This document shows, piece after piece, positions 51,580 through 61,982 of a DNA stretch of 64,000 nucleotides. Source of the stretch: an uncultured Nitrososphaerota archaeon. GTDB taxonomy: Archaea > Thermoproteota > Nitrososphaeria > Nitrososphaerales > CADDZS01. Both the position numbers and the translations under genes were made by a program. The number at the start of each line of letters is the position of its first letter. Within the stretch, counting starts at the first letter, position 1. The stretch covers positions 1,536,001 to 1,600,000 of the forward strand of contig CAWCYI010000004.1 in NCBI GenBank assembly GCA_963799845.1, in the 5' to 3' direction. The notes under the pieces are model-generated. The model worked only from the letters and a program-made list of their open reading frames with translations. It made no database searches and was not told the origin of the DNA.

Positions 51580-52188
51580 TTGTCACAACCGTCGAAATCC
51601 AGATTGCGACACCTTCGGGTACTGATCTATTTCATTCCGATATTCGCAATCATTGCGGGTTACGGCGTTATTGTTGTCGCAACTCAGGAGAACTCACCAT
51701 TCACGATAGTGACCGGAACGAGCATGCAACCGACGATCCTGCCCGGCACAATCGCGCTGATCGATAAGGTTCCGTTCGATCAGCTGAAGCTGGGGGACGT
51801 AATCGTTCACACTACGCAGCTTTCCCTGCAGTCTCCGTGCGACAGCTCGCCGGCCTCTACCCTAACCGGGGAGGTATCCAATCCGTGCTATGTGATCCAC
51901 AGGATAGTCAACATAGGTACTGATGCCAGCGGCAACAGAATCGTGACGACGAAGGGCGACGACAATTCCTACTCGATTCCGGAGATTGACACCGGCATCA
52001 ACCAGTCGATGTACCTCGGGAAGGTCATACTCCAATTCCCGCTCTTGGGCTACGTCACCGAGCAGCCATACAACGAGGTTATCGCCCTCATAATATTCAT
52101 CGCATTGATAGCCGAACTTTTCTTCGAGAGAAGACAGATGTCTTCGAAAAAGACAGAGACCGAAATTCGTCCTGACCCTGCGAGTTAA
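51580..52188 (+). CDS. Signal peptidase I (archaeal Sec11-type S26)
   Basis: GTSMQP, GDVIV, IHRIV, TKGDDN. Confidence 0.88.
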   Translation: MSQPSKSRLRHLRVLIYFIPIFAIIAGYGVIVVATQENSPFTIVTGTSMQPTILPGTIALIDKVPFDQLKLGDVIVHTTQLSLQSPCDSSPASTLTGEVSNPCYVIHRIVNIGTDASGNRIVTTKGDDNSYSIPEIDTGINQSMYLGKVILQFPLLGYVTEQPYNEVIALIIFIALIAELFFERRQMSSKKTETEIRPDPAS

Positions 52189-52227
52189 CTTCGATAAATC
52201 GTTTGTTACAGTAACATAAACAGGGCA

Positions 52228-52287
52228 TGAAACGAGCTGTCCTGAGCTTACAGAGCTTGAAACGAGCTGTCCGAATTGAACAGAGCT
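52228..52287. repeat. 30-bp tandem repeat x2
   Basis: TGAAACGAGCTGTCC....ACAGAGCT at 52228 and 52258. Confidence 0.7.
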
Positions 52288-52492
52288 CGAACGTAACTCT
52301 TCGGCCAAAAAGTACGCCCGTGTGTGAAACGCAGAAAATTTTTTTCTTAATGAATCAACGGGAACTAGTATTTGAACGAAAAAGAAGTTCTCCTACAAAT
52401 TCTGGATAGTTTATACAGAAGATACACGTCGCGACAATAGAAACTCGGCTGTCTGCTGGCCGGTAGAAGAGTGCTTGCCACAGCCTCGTAGT

Positions 52493-53932
52493 TCACATCA
52501 CTTTCGATCGCCTACGCATTCTCACGACAAGGCTTCCCGAAATTAGTAGGAGTATCACCATCACCGCCAATATGCTTCCAAGTTGAATCGACGAAGCAGG
52601 AGAGCTTGATAGACCGCTTGTCGTCGACGAGAGAAAAGTTGTGTTGGGTGATTCCCTCGAAGTTGCGGATTGAGTTGTAGCAATCGACGATGAGGCGAGA
52701 ACGATAGAGGACGATCCTGACCTAGAGTACGGAAGATTACTTATCGGTATCTGGAATGGAAGCGGAAAACGGGCGGATTGTGGTACAACGATAGACGCTC
52801 TAATTAGAGATCCACCGGGATAGCTCTGGTCAAAGTCGAACATGTCAAGAGGAATGTTCGAACTTCCGACAAAGCTGTTTAGGGCGGGAAGCCCCCAGTC
52901 ATACTCGATGAAAGCAAGGATCGAATCGTGGTTCAGTAGGGTTGACGAAACATAATCCTCTTTTGCGTACGGCGATATGACAAGGAACGGCACCCGAAAG
53001 CCGAGCTGCGTTCCATCAACGACGGGCGGGGGAACCTGATCGTAGTATCCGCCTCCCTCGTCATAGGTTATGAAAATTGCAGTGCTATTCCAGTAGGGAC
53101 TTTGCATTACCGAATTTACTACGTTTGCAAGCCAGAGCTCGCCGTCAGTAACGTTTTGTGGCGGATGCTGGCTCACGTCCGGCTCCCCGCCACCGACCGG
53201 CATGACCCATGAGACGGAAGGAAGAGTCCCATTTTGAAGACCGGAAAAGAAACTCGTCCAGCTCTGAATGTTCTGGGAGTATTCGTTGATTCCGGAAAAA
53301 TAGTTTAGCGGATACCAGTCTCCAACCGGATTATCGATGTAGTAGCCCCAGCTCACCCCGCTGTTAGAAAGCTGATACATTATCGATTGGTTCACAGGTA
53401 AGTACGGCGGAGGTCCATAGTCGCCGGTAACGGGCGTCTGTCCCGCCATGGACATGAGACGGTTTGGAACGGTATCGCTGAGTACGCTTGAGAAGTACAT
53501 GTCGCCGAGGGAGTACTCCTCCGCCCAGTCCCACTCGATCGCGAGCTGAGCCGAGGTGAAATACGTCATTGCCTGCGCGCCGGAATACTGGGCGAAACCG
53601 TCCATCTTTCCGCTGTCCCAGTCCGCGTGGTAGGTATCGAGGCCCTCGTTCGGGTCCTCGGTCGAATAATTGCCGTTTGGAATCTGAACTAGGCTCGGCT
53701 TGTTTGCGAGATTCAAGAGGTTGACTGGAGTCTCGATCTGAGAATTATTCGCGCCGTTTGCAGCAGGATACGTCTCGAAAAAGTTGTCGAAGCTGTGGTT
53801 TTCCATCATCACAAAGACAACGTGGGATATGGGGGTCCGCGTTCCTGTCATTCCTCTGGACAGAGGAAGGAGACCGGGCGAGACGAGCAAGAGTATTAGA
53901 AACAATATTGCTAAAAGAAATCTCCGGCGCAA
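52493..53932 (-). CDS. Membrane-anchored phosphoesterase (acid phosphatase/PLC family)
   Basis: MMENHSFDN, TVPNR, SQHPP, TYDEGGGYYD, GFRVP. Confidence 0.9.
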   Translation of the reverse strand: MRRRFLLAILFLILLLVSPGLLPLSRGMTGTRTPISHVVFVMMENHSFDNFFETYPAANGANNSQIETPVNLLNLANKPSLVQIPNGNYSTEDPNEGLDTYHADWDSGKMDGFAQYSGAQAMTYFTSAQLAIEWDWAEEYSLGDMYFSSVLSDTVPNRLMSMAGQTPVTGDYGPPPYLPVNQSIMYQLSNSGVSWGYYIDNPVGDWYPLNYFSGINEYSQNIQSWTSFFSGLQNGTLPSVSWVMPVGGGEPDVSQHPPQNVTDGELWLANVVNSVMQSPYWNSTAIFITYDEGGGYYDQVPPPVVDGTQLGFRVPFLVISPYAKEDYVSSTLLNHDSILAFIEYDWGLPALNSFVGSSNIPLDMFDFDQSYPGGSLIRASIVVPQSARFPLPFQIPISNLPYSRSGSSSIVLASSSIATTQSATSRESPNTTFLSSTTSGLSSSPASSIQLGSILAVMVILLLISGSLVVRMRRRSKVM

Positions 53933-53939
53933 GAGATCA

Positions 53940-54953
53940 CTACGGATTTGTTAGAACATCCCTCAGCAGAGTCGGGTTCGCATTTCCGCCGCTTATCACG
54001 GAGACTATCTTGCCCTTTGACGAAACTTTCTTGTTGAGGATGGCAGCGACCGGCGCCGCTCCCGCGGGTTCAACCATTATGTGCAGGTCGTTCAGCATGA
54101 ATCTCATCGATTGTTTGATTTCATCATCGCTCACAAGAACCATCTCGTCGACGAGATCCAGCATCAATTTCAGATTCAGCGGCTCTGTCGTGGATGCAGA
54201 CATGCCGTCCGAGATCGTGTTAGGCGCCTGCGAAACGATTCTCTTCTCCACAAACGAATTGTAGGCTGCCGGCGCGCCCTCGGCGCAAACGCCAATGATT
54301 TTGGTGGGATGAGTATTCCTAGCCTTGATTGCAACCGCGATTCCGCTGATCAACCCGCCTCCTCCGACCGGGACGAGAACGGCATCTGTATCGGGCAGAT
54401 CTTCATTTATTTCCAATCCAATTGTTCCCTGCCCGCAGATCACGTCAGGATCGCCGAAAGGATGAACCAGGATAGCGCCCTCCTTCTCCGCGATCTCATT
54501 AGCATAAGCGGAAAGTTCATGCACGGTCTTCCCTGCTTTGATCAGCTTGACGTTCTTGTACTCCCTTATTGCCCTAACTTTCGCTTCGTTCGCCGTGACC
54601 GGTACGATGATTGTCGCGCTTATCCCGACCATCTCGGAAACGTATGCGACGGCGAGGCCGTGGTTTCCGGCAGAAAATGCGACGATGGATTTCTTGGAAC
54701 CGCTTTCGGCGAGCCGGAGTATCTTATTCAGTGCTCCGCGGATCTTGAAGACGCGAATCGGTTGGTAGCATTCGAGCTTCAGGTACGAATCAGTGGAAGA
54801 AAGCGAGGAGAGAGTCCTCGAATAGTAAAGCGGGGTCCTGTAATAGTATTTGGAAGCTTTGCTCGCTGCTTCTTCAATTGACTTTAGGTTTATTCTTTTC
54901 AGGGCATCTTCCTGGGCCTGTGTCAGATTCAGTTGCGATGACACTTGATTCAC
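53940..54953 (-). CDS. PLP-dependent threonine/serine dehydratase
   Basis: LKLE..FKIRGA, SAGNHG, PVGGGGL, EPAGA, SGGN. Confidence 0.9.
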   Translation of the reverse strand: MNQVSSQLNLTQAQEDALKRINLKSIEEAASKASKYYYRTPLYYSRTLSSLSSTDSYLKLECYQPIRVFKIRGALNKILRLAESGSKKSIVAFSAGNHGLAVAYVSEMVGISATIIVPVTANEAKVRAIREYKNVKLIKAGKTVHELSAYANEIAEKEGAILVHPFGDPDVICGQGTIGLEINEDLPDTDAVLVPVGGGGLISGIAVAIKARNTHPTKIIGVCAEGAPAAYNSFVEKRIVSQAPNTISDGMSASTTEPLNLKLMLDLVDEMVLVSDDEIKQSMRFMLNDLHIMVEPAGAAPVAAILNKKVSSKGKIVSVISGGNANPTLLRDVLTNP

Positions 54954-55955
54954 CTATTCGCGCCTTTCGGCAACAAAATCGATCCACGTTCCCATGCCAC
55001 TTGCACGTGCTTTCAGGTAGACTTGCTGCGCGGCCGCGAGGTCTTCGATTGCCAGACCAAGAGATTTGAAAATCGTGATTTCATCATCACTCGTCCTGCC
55101 CTTTTTGGCACCTATCAGAATCTCCCCGATCTCGCCCCTGATGTGGTTATCATTTATCAGACCTTCGCCTTTCGGGATTCTGAAATCGTCTGCCTCTTCA
55201 ATTGCGGACTCACGGCGGTCTACGAAAAAGCTGCTCTTCGCCACCGCGTTTGAGTCTAGCTCGCGGAACGGAGGAACCGATGCCCCTACGGCGTTAACGT
55301 GCGCACCTCTCGAAATCCAATCTCCCTTCAGGATCGGCGAAGTTGCCGCCGTTGTCGTGCAAATAATGTCCGCGCCTTTTGCAGCATCCTCGGCACTCTC
55401 GAATGCTTTCACTCCCAGTTTGGAAGAGGCGCTTTTCGCAAATTTTAGGGCATGGTCATGGTTTCGAGACCATACCCGCACTTCATCGATGGAGCTCCTT
55501 ACTACGGGCATCGCCTCAAGGTGCATCCTTGCTTGAGTCCCGGATCCAAAAATGGCCAGCCTGCGCGAATCTTTCTTTGCAAGGAGGTCAGTTGCGACCG
55601 CGCTTACCGCAGCCGTGCGGATGGCGGTAATCGATCCCGCATCGATGATCGCCTGCAACTGGCCGTTATCGATTTCGAATAATTGAATCGCGCCCTGGTG
55701 TGAGTCAAATTTCGTGCGGTGATTTCCGGGGAAAACCGTGACCACTTTGATACCTACGACCGGCGGGGTTCCACCGAAATACGCAGGCATCATACCCAGA
55801 ATGCCCTTTTTGTTCGGCAGTCGAACGGCTTGTCTCAGAGGTAAAACCACGTCTCCCTTTGCCAGCGTAATCATGGCATTCCGCATTGCAAGCGCACAAT
55901 CTTCCATGGGGAGGAGCGTTCTTACTTCATCCGAGCCGACAATCAGGGTCTTCAA
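54954..55955 (-). CDS. Ornithine cyclodeaminase/mu-crystallin family protein
   Basis: TAIRTAAVS, GSGTQA, HVNAVG, FKSLGLAIEDL. Confidence 0.9.
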   Translation of the reverse strand: MKTLIVGSDEVRTLLPMEDCALAMRNAMITLAKGDVVLPLRQAVRLPNKKGILGMMPAYFGGTPPVVGIKVVTVFPGNHRTKFDSHQGAIQLFEIDNGQLQAIIDAGSITAIRTAAVSAVATDLLAKKDSRRLAIFGSGTQARMHLEAMPVVRSSIDEVRVWSRNHDHALKFAKSASSKLGVKAFESAEDAAKGADIICTTTAATSPILKGDWISRGAHVNAVGASVPPFRELDSNAVAKSSFFVDRRESAIEEADDFRIPKGEGLINDNHIRGEIGEILIGAKKGRTSDDEITIFKSLGLAIEDLAAAQQVYLKARASGMGTWIDFVAERRE

Positions 55956-56164
55956 TTATTCCACGATCTGATCTGCTAGAGTTTCCCCGGAGTATGAATT
56001 TATTTCGATTGGTGGCAGAATCGGGTATAGTTTTTGATTGCAAGATGATTTGCTCTAATCAGAAAATCCATCGAGAACAACTTTTACTCCATGACTGCAA
56101 TCTTAGCGGCTGAATTGGTTTGAAAAAGATAAATACAATCCGTCAATCCGACACGATCTGAAAT

Positions 56165-57220
56165 ATGAAATTTAGCATTTCACTCATTCCGGAAGTTCCA
56201 CCACAGCGTGCAGCCGCTATCGCCAAGTCTGCTGAAACAAATGGCGTTTACGGTTTATGGGCTGTCGATCAGATATACGACAGGGATGTTTGGATGACGC
56301 TTGCTGCATGTGCGATGGAAACAAAGAAGATTCGCCTCGGCACGGGAGTCACTAACGTTACGCTACGCGATCCGACTTTGGTAGCGCAAGCAATCGGCAC
56401 TCTAGATCAGATGGCTCCGCGCAGAACATTCTGCGGAATAAGCATTGGCGATCCCAGCGTATTGCGCCATTATGGTCAACTACCTCCGCTGAAAGAGCTG
56501 AAACCGTTTGCCAGGCTACGGGAATCGATGGAAGTGATTCGCGCCCTAATTCACGATGGAAAGTGCAATTTCGACGGCCAGTTCCTAAAATATTCAAACA
56601 TTATGACTTCGGCTACCACGAAAAACATAGTACCATTCTACCTGGGGGGAATGGGAGGACCGAAATCATTCCAGCTGGCGGGGGAGATCGGTGATGGAGT
56701 AACTTCGGCATTTGGTTGCTCACGAAAATATCACGAATACGTCGTTCAAAATACGGCTCTCGGGGCAAAGAAAGCAAACCGTGGAAACAAAAAACTTCCA
56801 TATGCAGCCTGGACGGTTTTTTGCTGCGCTCCCAAGTCGGAAGACGCGTTGGAAGCTGCGCGGAACCTCGTGGCCTTGTTCATCCCATCCATGCCATCAC
56901 AAGAGATCAAACTGAACGGAGTTGCTCCAGAAGCCGTTCAGCCAGTCCTCGACGCTATTGCGAAAGGTGACTTCAAAACTGCAATCAAGCTCACTACTGA
57001 TGAATTTGTTGAAAAGTTCTCAGTCTCCGGTTCGCCGGACGAAGTTATCGAAAAGCTAGAGAAAAACTTCGTTGCAGGAGGGGTAGACGAGTTCGCTGCT
57101 TGTATTGTTGACCCGGTAACGATTGCCTCGATGCTCGGGGTAAAAATCAAGAATGTCGCAGGTTATCCGGAGAATTTGAGACTGATCAAGAGAAGGGTCA
57201 TGCCTCATATCTGGTCTTAA
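56165..57220 (+). CDS. LLM-class (Mer-like, F420/flavin) oxidoreductase
   Basis: IRLGTGVTN..RDP, GPKSFQLAGEIGDG. Confidence 0.85.
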   Translation: MKFSISLIPEVPPQRAAAIAKSAETNGVYGLWAVDQIYDRDVWMTLAACAMETKKIRLGTGVTNVTLRDPTLVAQAIGTLDQMAPRRTFCGISIGDPSVLRHYGQLPPLKELKPFARLRESMEVIRALIHDGKCNFDGQFLKYSNIMTSATTKNIVPFYLGGMGGPKSFQLAGEIGDGVTSAFGCSRKYHEYVVQNTALGAKKANRGNKKLPYAAWTVFCCAPKSEDALEAARNLVALFIPSMPSQEIKLNGVAPEAVQPVLDAIAKGDFKTAIKLTTDEFVEKFSVSGSPDEVIEKLEKNFVAGGVDEFAACIVDPVTIASMLGVKIKNVAGYPENLRLIKRRVMPHIWS

Positions 57221-57270
57221 GATCTAATTCAGCTTGCAACCTACCGGTCGTTATCATCCGAAGAGGAAGC

Positions 57271-57747
57271 TCACCTCACGACGAGCACCCCGCAGTGCGC
57301 GTGCGAGACCAGACCGCTCGAGACGCTTCCCAACAGCATTTTCTCGAAACCGCCCAGGCCTCGCGTTCCGGCAACTATCAAATCGACGCCCTCTTCTTCA
57401 GCGTACTCCAGTATCACCTTGACAGGCGAACCACCTTTATCCAAGACTTCGCCTTTCGCATCCACCCCGTCAGTCCTAGCCTGAAGTGCCAAACTGTCGA
57501 CTTTGGTTTTTGCGTCGTCCATCGCGTACTCGCGAGCCGCAGATATGCCTGCAGGGGCAACTCTCGGCACCAAGTACGGGAACGGGAGTTCCACCGCGTT
57601 CAAAACGACCAGTTGCGCATGATACCTCTTCGCCAGTTCTTCCGCCGCTGTGAAAGCGTTCATCGCGTGGTCAGAACCATCAAAAGCGATCAGCACTTTC
57701 TTGAAGCCTGATGCGATGGGTCTATTCGGCCCAGCTGGGTTACTCAT
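57271..57747 (-). CDS. uspA: Universal stress protein
   Basis: LIAFDGS, DLIVAGTRG..LLGSVS. Confidence 0.9.
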   Translation of the reverse strand: MSNPAGPNRPIASGFKKVLIAFDGSDHAMNAFTAAEELAKRYHAQLVVLNAVELPFPYLVPRVAPAGISAAREYAMDDAKTKVDSLALQARTDGVDAKGEVLDKGGSPVKVILEYAEEEGVDLIVAGTRGLGGFEKMLLGSVSSGLVSHAHCGVLVVR

Positions 57748-57773
57748 CGTTCAAACCCTGTCGTAGTTTGTTA

Positions 57774-59111
57774 TCATATGCTGGTGACGATCAGGGCAAT
57801 GTTCAGTGCTATTATGGCAATTCCGACGAACAGCGCCATGATGATCGTTGACCTCCGGTTTACAAACGAGCCCATTATTTTCTTCTTGCTCGTGTACCAG
57901 ATCAACGGAATCATGGGGAGAGGAATCAGTATACTCAGGAAAACCTGGCTATAGAAAAGCAGCGCCAGTGGACTTATCCCTATGAGGATACAGACCGTGG
58001 TAGGAAAAACGTTGACAACCCGAGTGATAACTCGCCTCAGGTACGGGTTCACCTTGACTCCGAGCATGCTGGTCATGAGTTCCTGCCCCGCCAGAGTCCC
58101 GACGACGGATGAGGCGATCCCAGAAGCAAGAAGGGTTATCGCAAAGATAACTGCCGCCATAGCACCGAATAGTGGCTTCAGTATATCGAATGCTTGATTT
58201 ATCTGCTGGATGTTGGTGTATCCGTGGCCATAGAAAGCAGCGGCGGCCATGACGAGAATCGCCACATTCACGCAACCGGCAATCGTCAAGATACCGATGT
58301 TCTCCCGGAGGTGAAGCCTGAGTAGCTTTTTCTTCTGTGCTTGTTCGCCCTCTTTGATTCCCCACCTGCTCAGCTTGGTCGAGGTCAATGAGGAGTGAAG
58401 CCAGAGGACGTGAGGCATGACCGTCGCGCCGACTATCCCCACGACAACAAGGACAGTGGCGCTGGATATCGATGGCGAGATCGAGTGAATGGCGATCTGT
58501 GAAAGATTCGGCCCGACAATAAGAAGCTCGTAGAGGAAACCTATGGCTATTATTGAAACAAAGACCATGAAAAAGTACTCTATGATACGGAAGCGATTGC
58601 TTGTCAGCGCGAGCAGAATGATGACATCCAAAGCTCCGAAGATAGCCGCGTACAGAAGAGGAATGTTGAAGAGGATATTCAGCGCGATGACGGTTCCAAG
58701 ATACTCCGCCAAATCGGTCGCCGCTATGGCAATTTCACCCGCGAGCCAATACGGAATGATGCGCGTTCTGGTCTTCAGCGAACCTTTGAGTAGTTGCGCA
58801 AGGCTATTTCCCGTTGCGATCCCGAGCTTGCCCGACATGTACTGCAGCACCATCGCGAAAGCACTTGCCATCCAGACAGCCCAGATCAAGTCGTAGTTGA
58901 AGACGCTCCCTCCCGCTATATCCGTCCCGAAGTTGCCGGGATCGATGTACGCCAGGCTCACTATGAGAGTCGGGCCCAGATATGTGATAAAGTCCCGCAG
59001 GGAAATGTGAGGGTTGTTCTTTTGATGCTCCGACACTTCCGGTTTCTGTGATGGGTCCGGCTGTTTGAGGCTCCGATCAGGCGATGTGCTTCGTTTCCAA
59101 GGAGCAATCAT
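57774..59111 (-). CDS. mntH: Nramp divalent metal transporter
   Basis: YIDPGN, GATVMPH, GTLAGQ. Confidence 0.93.
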   Translation of the reverse strand: MIAPWKRSTSPDRSLKQPDPSQKPEVSEHQKNNPHISLRDFITYLGPTLIVSLAYIDPGNFGTDIAGGSVFNYDLIWAVWMASAFAMVLQYMSGKLGIATGNSLAQLLKGSLKTRTRIIPYWLAGEIAIAATDLAEYLGTVIALNILFNIPLLYAAIFGALDVIILLALTSNRFRIIEYFFMVFVSIIAIGFLYELLIVGPNLSQIAIHSISPSISSATVLVVVGIVGATVMPHVLWLHSSLTSTKLSRWGIKEGEQAQKKKLLRLHLRENIGILTIAGCVNVAILVMAAAAFYGHGYTNIQQINQAFDILKPLFGAMAAVIFAITLLASGIASSVVGTLAGQELMTSMLGVKVNPYLRRVITRVVNVFPTTVCILIGISPLALLFYSQVFLSILIPLPMIPLIWYTSKKKIMGSFVNRRSTIIMALFVGIAIIALNIALIVTSI

Positions 59112-59145
59112 AGTATAGGTGTGATATTAATCACTGGGTATATAA

Positions 59146-59161
59146 GTTAGGTGTATCTAAC
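59146..59161. promoter_or_regulatory. DtxR/MntR-like operator next to the mntH TATA box
   Basis: Near-palindrome GTTAGGTGTATCTAAC; minus-strand TTATATA at 59139-59145; divergent MntR gene. Confidence 0.7.
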
Positions 59162-59242
59162 ATAATTATAATGTCATAATGTTTTTGGACCGCTCAAATT
59201 CCTTAATAGAGGTCTAATTTCATTAACCGCATTATTTTATAA

Positions 59243-59794
59243 ATGAAGATCCAGCTTGAACGGCCTCTTGATGCAGGTGAACGACTTAATAACAGTCCCA
59301 GAGATAGAGCTACAAACACCTCCGAACTAGTGGTATCAAGAAGCTGGACAGTGAATAACAAAATGACCCAAGAGCAGAAGGTTGTCACTCCAAGGGCCTC
59401 GGCTGAGGCAAGAGAAGACTATCTTGAAATGATAGGCGAGTTGATTAGAACGAAGGGCTTTGCATCTGTCTCGGATATCGCCGAGAAGATGAATGTGTCA
59501 AAGCCGAGTGCTACTTCGATCATAAAAAAACTTGACAAAGAAGGATACGTTGTCCATGTAAGGTACCGCGGTCTCGCCCTAACAGATTCAGGCAAGAATC
59601 TCGCTTCAAAGATGAAGCACTATCACGAGACCCTGACCCGCCTGCTACTAGCTCTTGGAATACCCGAAAAAATCGCGAGGGAGGACGCCGAAAAGATCGA
59701 GCATGGATTGCACAACCGTTCATTACTCAAATTGCAAGAGCTCGCCGTTTATCTGGAAGCAAATCCCGAAACAGTTCAGAAATTGAATACATAA
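59243..59794 (+). CDS. mntR: DtxR/MntR metal-dependent regulator (likely start near 59363)
   Basis: EDYLE, SDIAEKMNVSKPS, EDAEKIEH. Confidence 0.88.
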   Translation: MKIQLERPLDAGERLNNSPRDRATNTSELVVSRSWTVNNKMTQEQKVVTPRASAEAREDYLEMIGELIRTKGFASVSDIAEKMNVSKPSATSIIKKLDKEGYVVHVRYRGLALTDSGKNLASKMKHYHETLTRLLLALGIPEKIAREDAEKIEHGLHNRSLLKLQELAVYLEANPETVQKLNT

Positions 59795-60290
59795 TAGTCT
59801 CTTGACTAATCCAAGAATACGCAAAAAGAATCTTAATCGGTCTTGACCCAATATAACCTAGATCTACGCATCGCTTTCAACTGTCTTAATTTCAGTCCAT
59901 TCGTGCCCGCAATGTTTGCACTTGTAATGGTACCTGTATCTAGAAAATTCCTTCCTAACATAATATGGCTGCCAACCACTGCCAACCACTGCTTCCCCGC
60001 ATAGACACGTCTCCGCCTGGCACCATTGCAAAGTCGTGATTCACAAATTCTTTTTCTTCAAGTTCTTTTGTGAATAACCGATGACATTGTGGACAAATTA
60101 TGTCAAAAGGGCAAAGGTTGGATTTTTTCTTATGAGGGATTAGAATAGCATGGATTTACGCTTTCTCCAAGGTTCGTTCGAATAGTTCTAGTCCTGACCA
60201 GAAATCTCCGATTTTCGATATGATTGATAATTAGGGATGATTTTACCAAAAAGGCCCTCGAAACGACGCGATGTGGAGCAGCTAATAAGG

Positions 60291-61161
60291 TTAGTTGCTA
60301 TTGGTTCCATATTCTCTGGTATTTCTTTGAATGGAATCTCCAACCAGAGGACTCGTATCCCATCCAACGAAGAAAAGCACTCTGAACATCTCAACGATTG
60401 AATGACTTGTAATCAGAATCGCAGTTTCCTCTGACGGGTGAGTCATCGGATTGTCATTCGACTCAGGAATGATCATTACTTCCTTTCTATCGACCACGCA
60501 CACCCCTGCGGAACTAGTACTCGGTAGATGCCTTACCTCCGAGGTCACTTCTTTGAACTGTTCAGTGTTTGACTGAGTAATCGGCGTGAATATTCTGACC
60601 CTCACGCCCGCCTTCATTTTCTTCGATATTTCGCCCATCGCTCGCATGAGCAACACCTTTGCAGACCCCTTGTCTATCGCCGCGACAAGTATCTCACTTT
60701 CCGCATGTGTCAGCAAATGAGTCCATTTCTCATTGATTGACTTTCTGCCGGATATGATCTGAAATCTGTCTCCCCAACGCCCATCTTTTTGCTTGTCGTA
60801 TTGACGTTCTTGAGCTGAGCTTCTCACTGATTCTGCCTAGATCCGAGAGCACATCAGTTCTCGCCCTAATCAACTCACGATCGTTGCCTCTCACGACCTC
60901 CAAAACATCATCTAATAGGACAGCCTTGAATTTCATCGGTTTGCTTATGGTCGCTTCGACCATATCCCTTGATTGCAAACTCTTAAGGTCATGATACACG
61001 TCGAGCCTATGCATCCCCAGCTTGGTCGCGAGCTCCCCCGCCTTGGACTCTCCAATGACTAGGAGAGCGAAATAGATAGACGCCTCTCGCTCGGGTATTC
61101 CGAAAAGCACGAGCTCGTCCCTCGCCTTCTTGTAATCGCTGGGGAGTATGGAATCTTCCAA
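60291..61161 (-). CDS. TrmB-family regulator, frameshifted near 60790
   Basis: N-terminal HTH (EASIYFALL, VYHDLKSL, KPMKF) and PLD-like effector domain (VVDRKEV) in two overlapping frames. Confidence 0.8.
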
Positions 61162-61360
61162 TTTCCATAATCACGCTAGCTCAATGGCATCGTTACAGGG
61201 CACAGAGCATATCTGCAGTTTGATAAGGATTGCACGCTCAGTTCTTCTTGGATAGAGCTGAGGATCTATTCAGATCGATACGGCTTCTCTCGGACTCCTG
61301 TACATCAGAGATATTCGAGGCAATACCTCGAAACGTTAGGCGACGCAAACAGGACTGGAG

Positions 61361-61612
61361 TCATCGATTGGTAAAATTGTTTTTCAGATATATTTTCTGA
61401 CTCATCGCAGACGAGAAATCAATGTCTCGTCCGCACCTCAAACACATGTAAACACTCTCGCCTTTGACATTTTTCGAGAGCACGTGCTCTGTCCATAATT
61501 TGCAATCGTTACAATTTATTTTCAAGACTGGTTCTGCAATCATCTTGAGACTATCATAGTTTAGAGAAGATAAGCCTCCTAAAAGCTCTCGTTTGTTCAA
61601 TTTTACACGCAA
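61361..61612 (-). CDS. Small zinc-ribbon protein
   Basis: CNDC...CLRC. Confidence 0.4.
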   Translation of the reverse strand: MRVKLNKRELLGGLSSLNYDSLKMIAEPVLKINCNDCKLWTEHVLSKNVKGESVYMCLRCGRDIDFSSAMSQKIYLKNNFTNR

Positions 61613-61621
61613 ATCACGAGC

Positions 61622-61927
61622 ATGATAACCGCTGTAACGGAAGGTGTAAATCTCACGAAAAGTTCTGGGAGCTATCTTATGGTAATCAAGAATCCAGACG
61701 ATTCCGAAATTAGATGGTTTAACAGAAAGTTCGCCGAATCAGACAATGATCAACTGAAAACTCAGCTTCAAAATTGCAAAGAACAGCTTGCAGTAATAGA
61801 AGCCAGCATAGCGAAGAGTACCAAGTTAACTCCTCGCGGCCTCGAACTCTTGATAACGCCTAGAAATCAGCTACGACTTCGAATAGGCGAAATCGAAACG
61901 GAATTAGAAATGAGAAGTAGACATTAG
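61622..61927 (+). CDS. Hypothetical coiled-coil protein
   Basis: 101-aa helical ORF. Confidence 0.45.
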   Translation: MITAVTEGVNLTKSSGSYLMVIKNPDDSEIRWFNRKFAESDNDQLKTQLQNCKEQLAVIEASIAKSTKLTPRGLELLITPRNQLRLRIGEIETELEMRSRH

Positions 61928-61982
61928 ATTCAGCTCTATTAAATTTGTGAGTGAGACTAGGAAAACAAGATCGCCGTGCTGC

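Noticed and set aside
53758-55682. Long antisense ORFs (e.g. 54081..54881; also 31654..32256, 21614..22189 and those in 47-49 kb)
   Set aside because: Shadow frames of well-supported genes on the opposite strand.
59969-59992. CTGCCAACCA tandem duplication
   Set aside because: Simple 10-bp slippage with no functional context.
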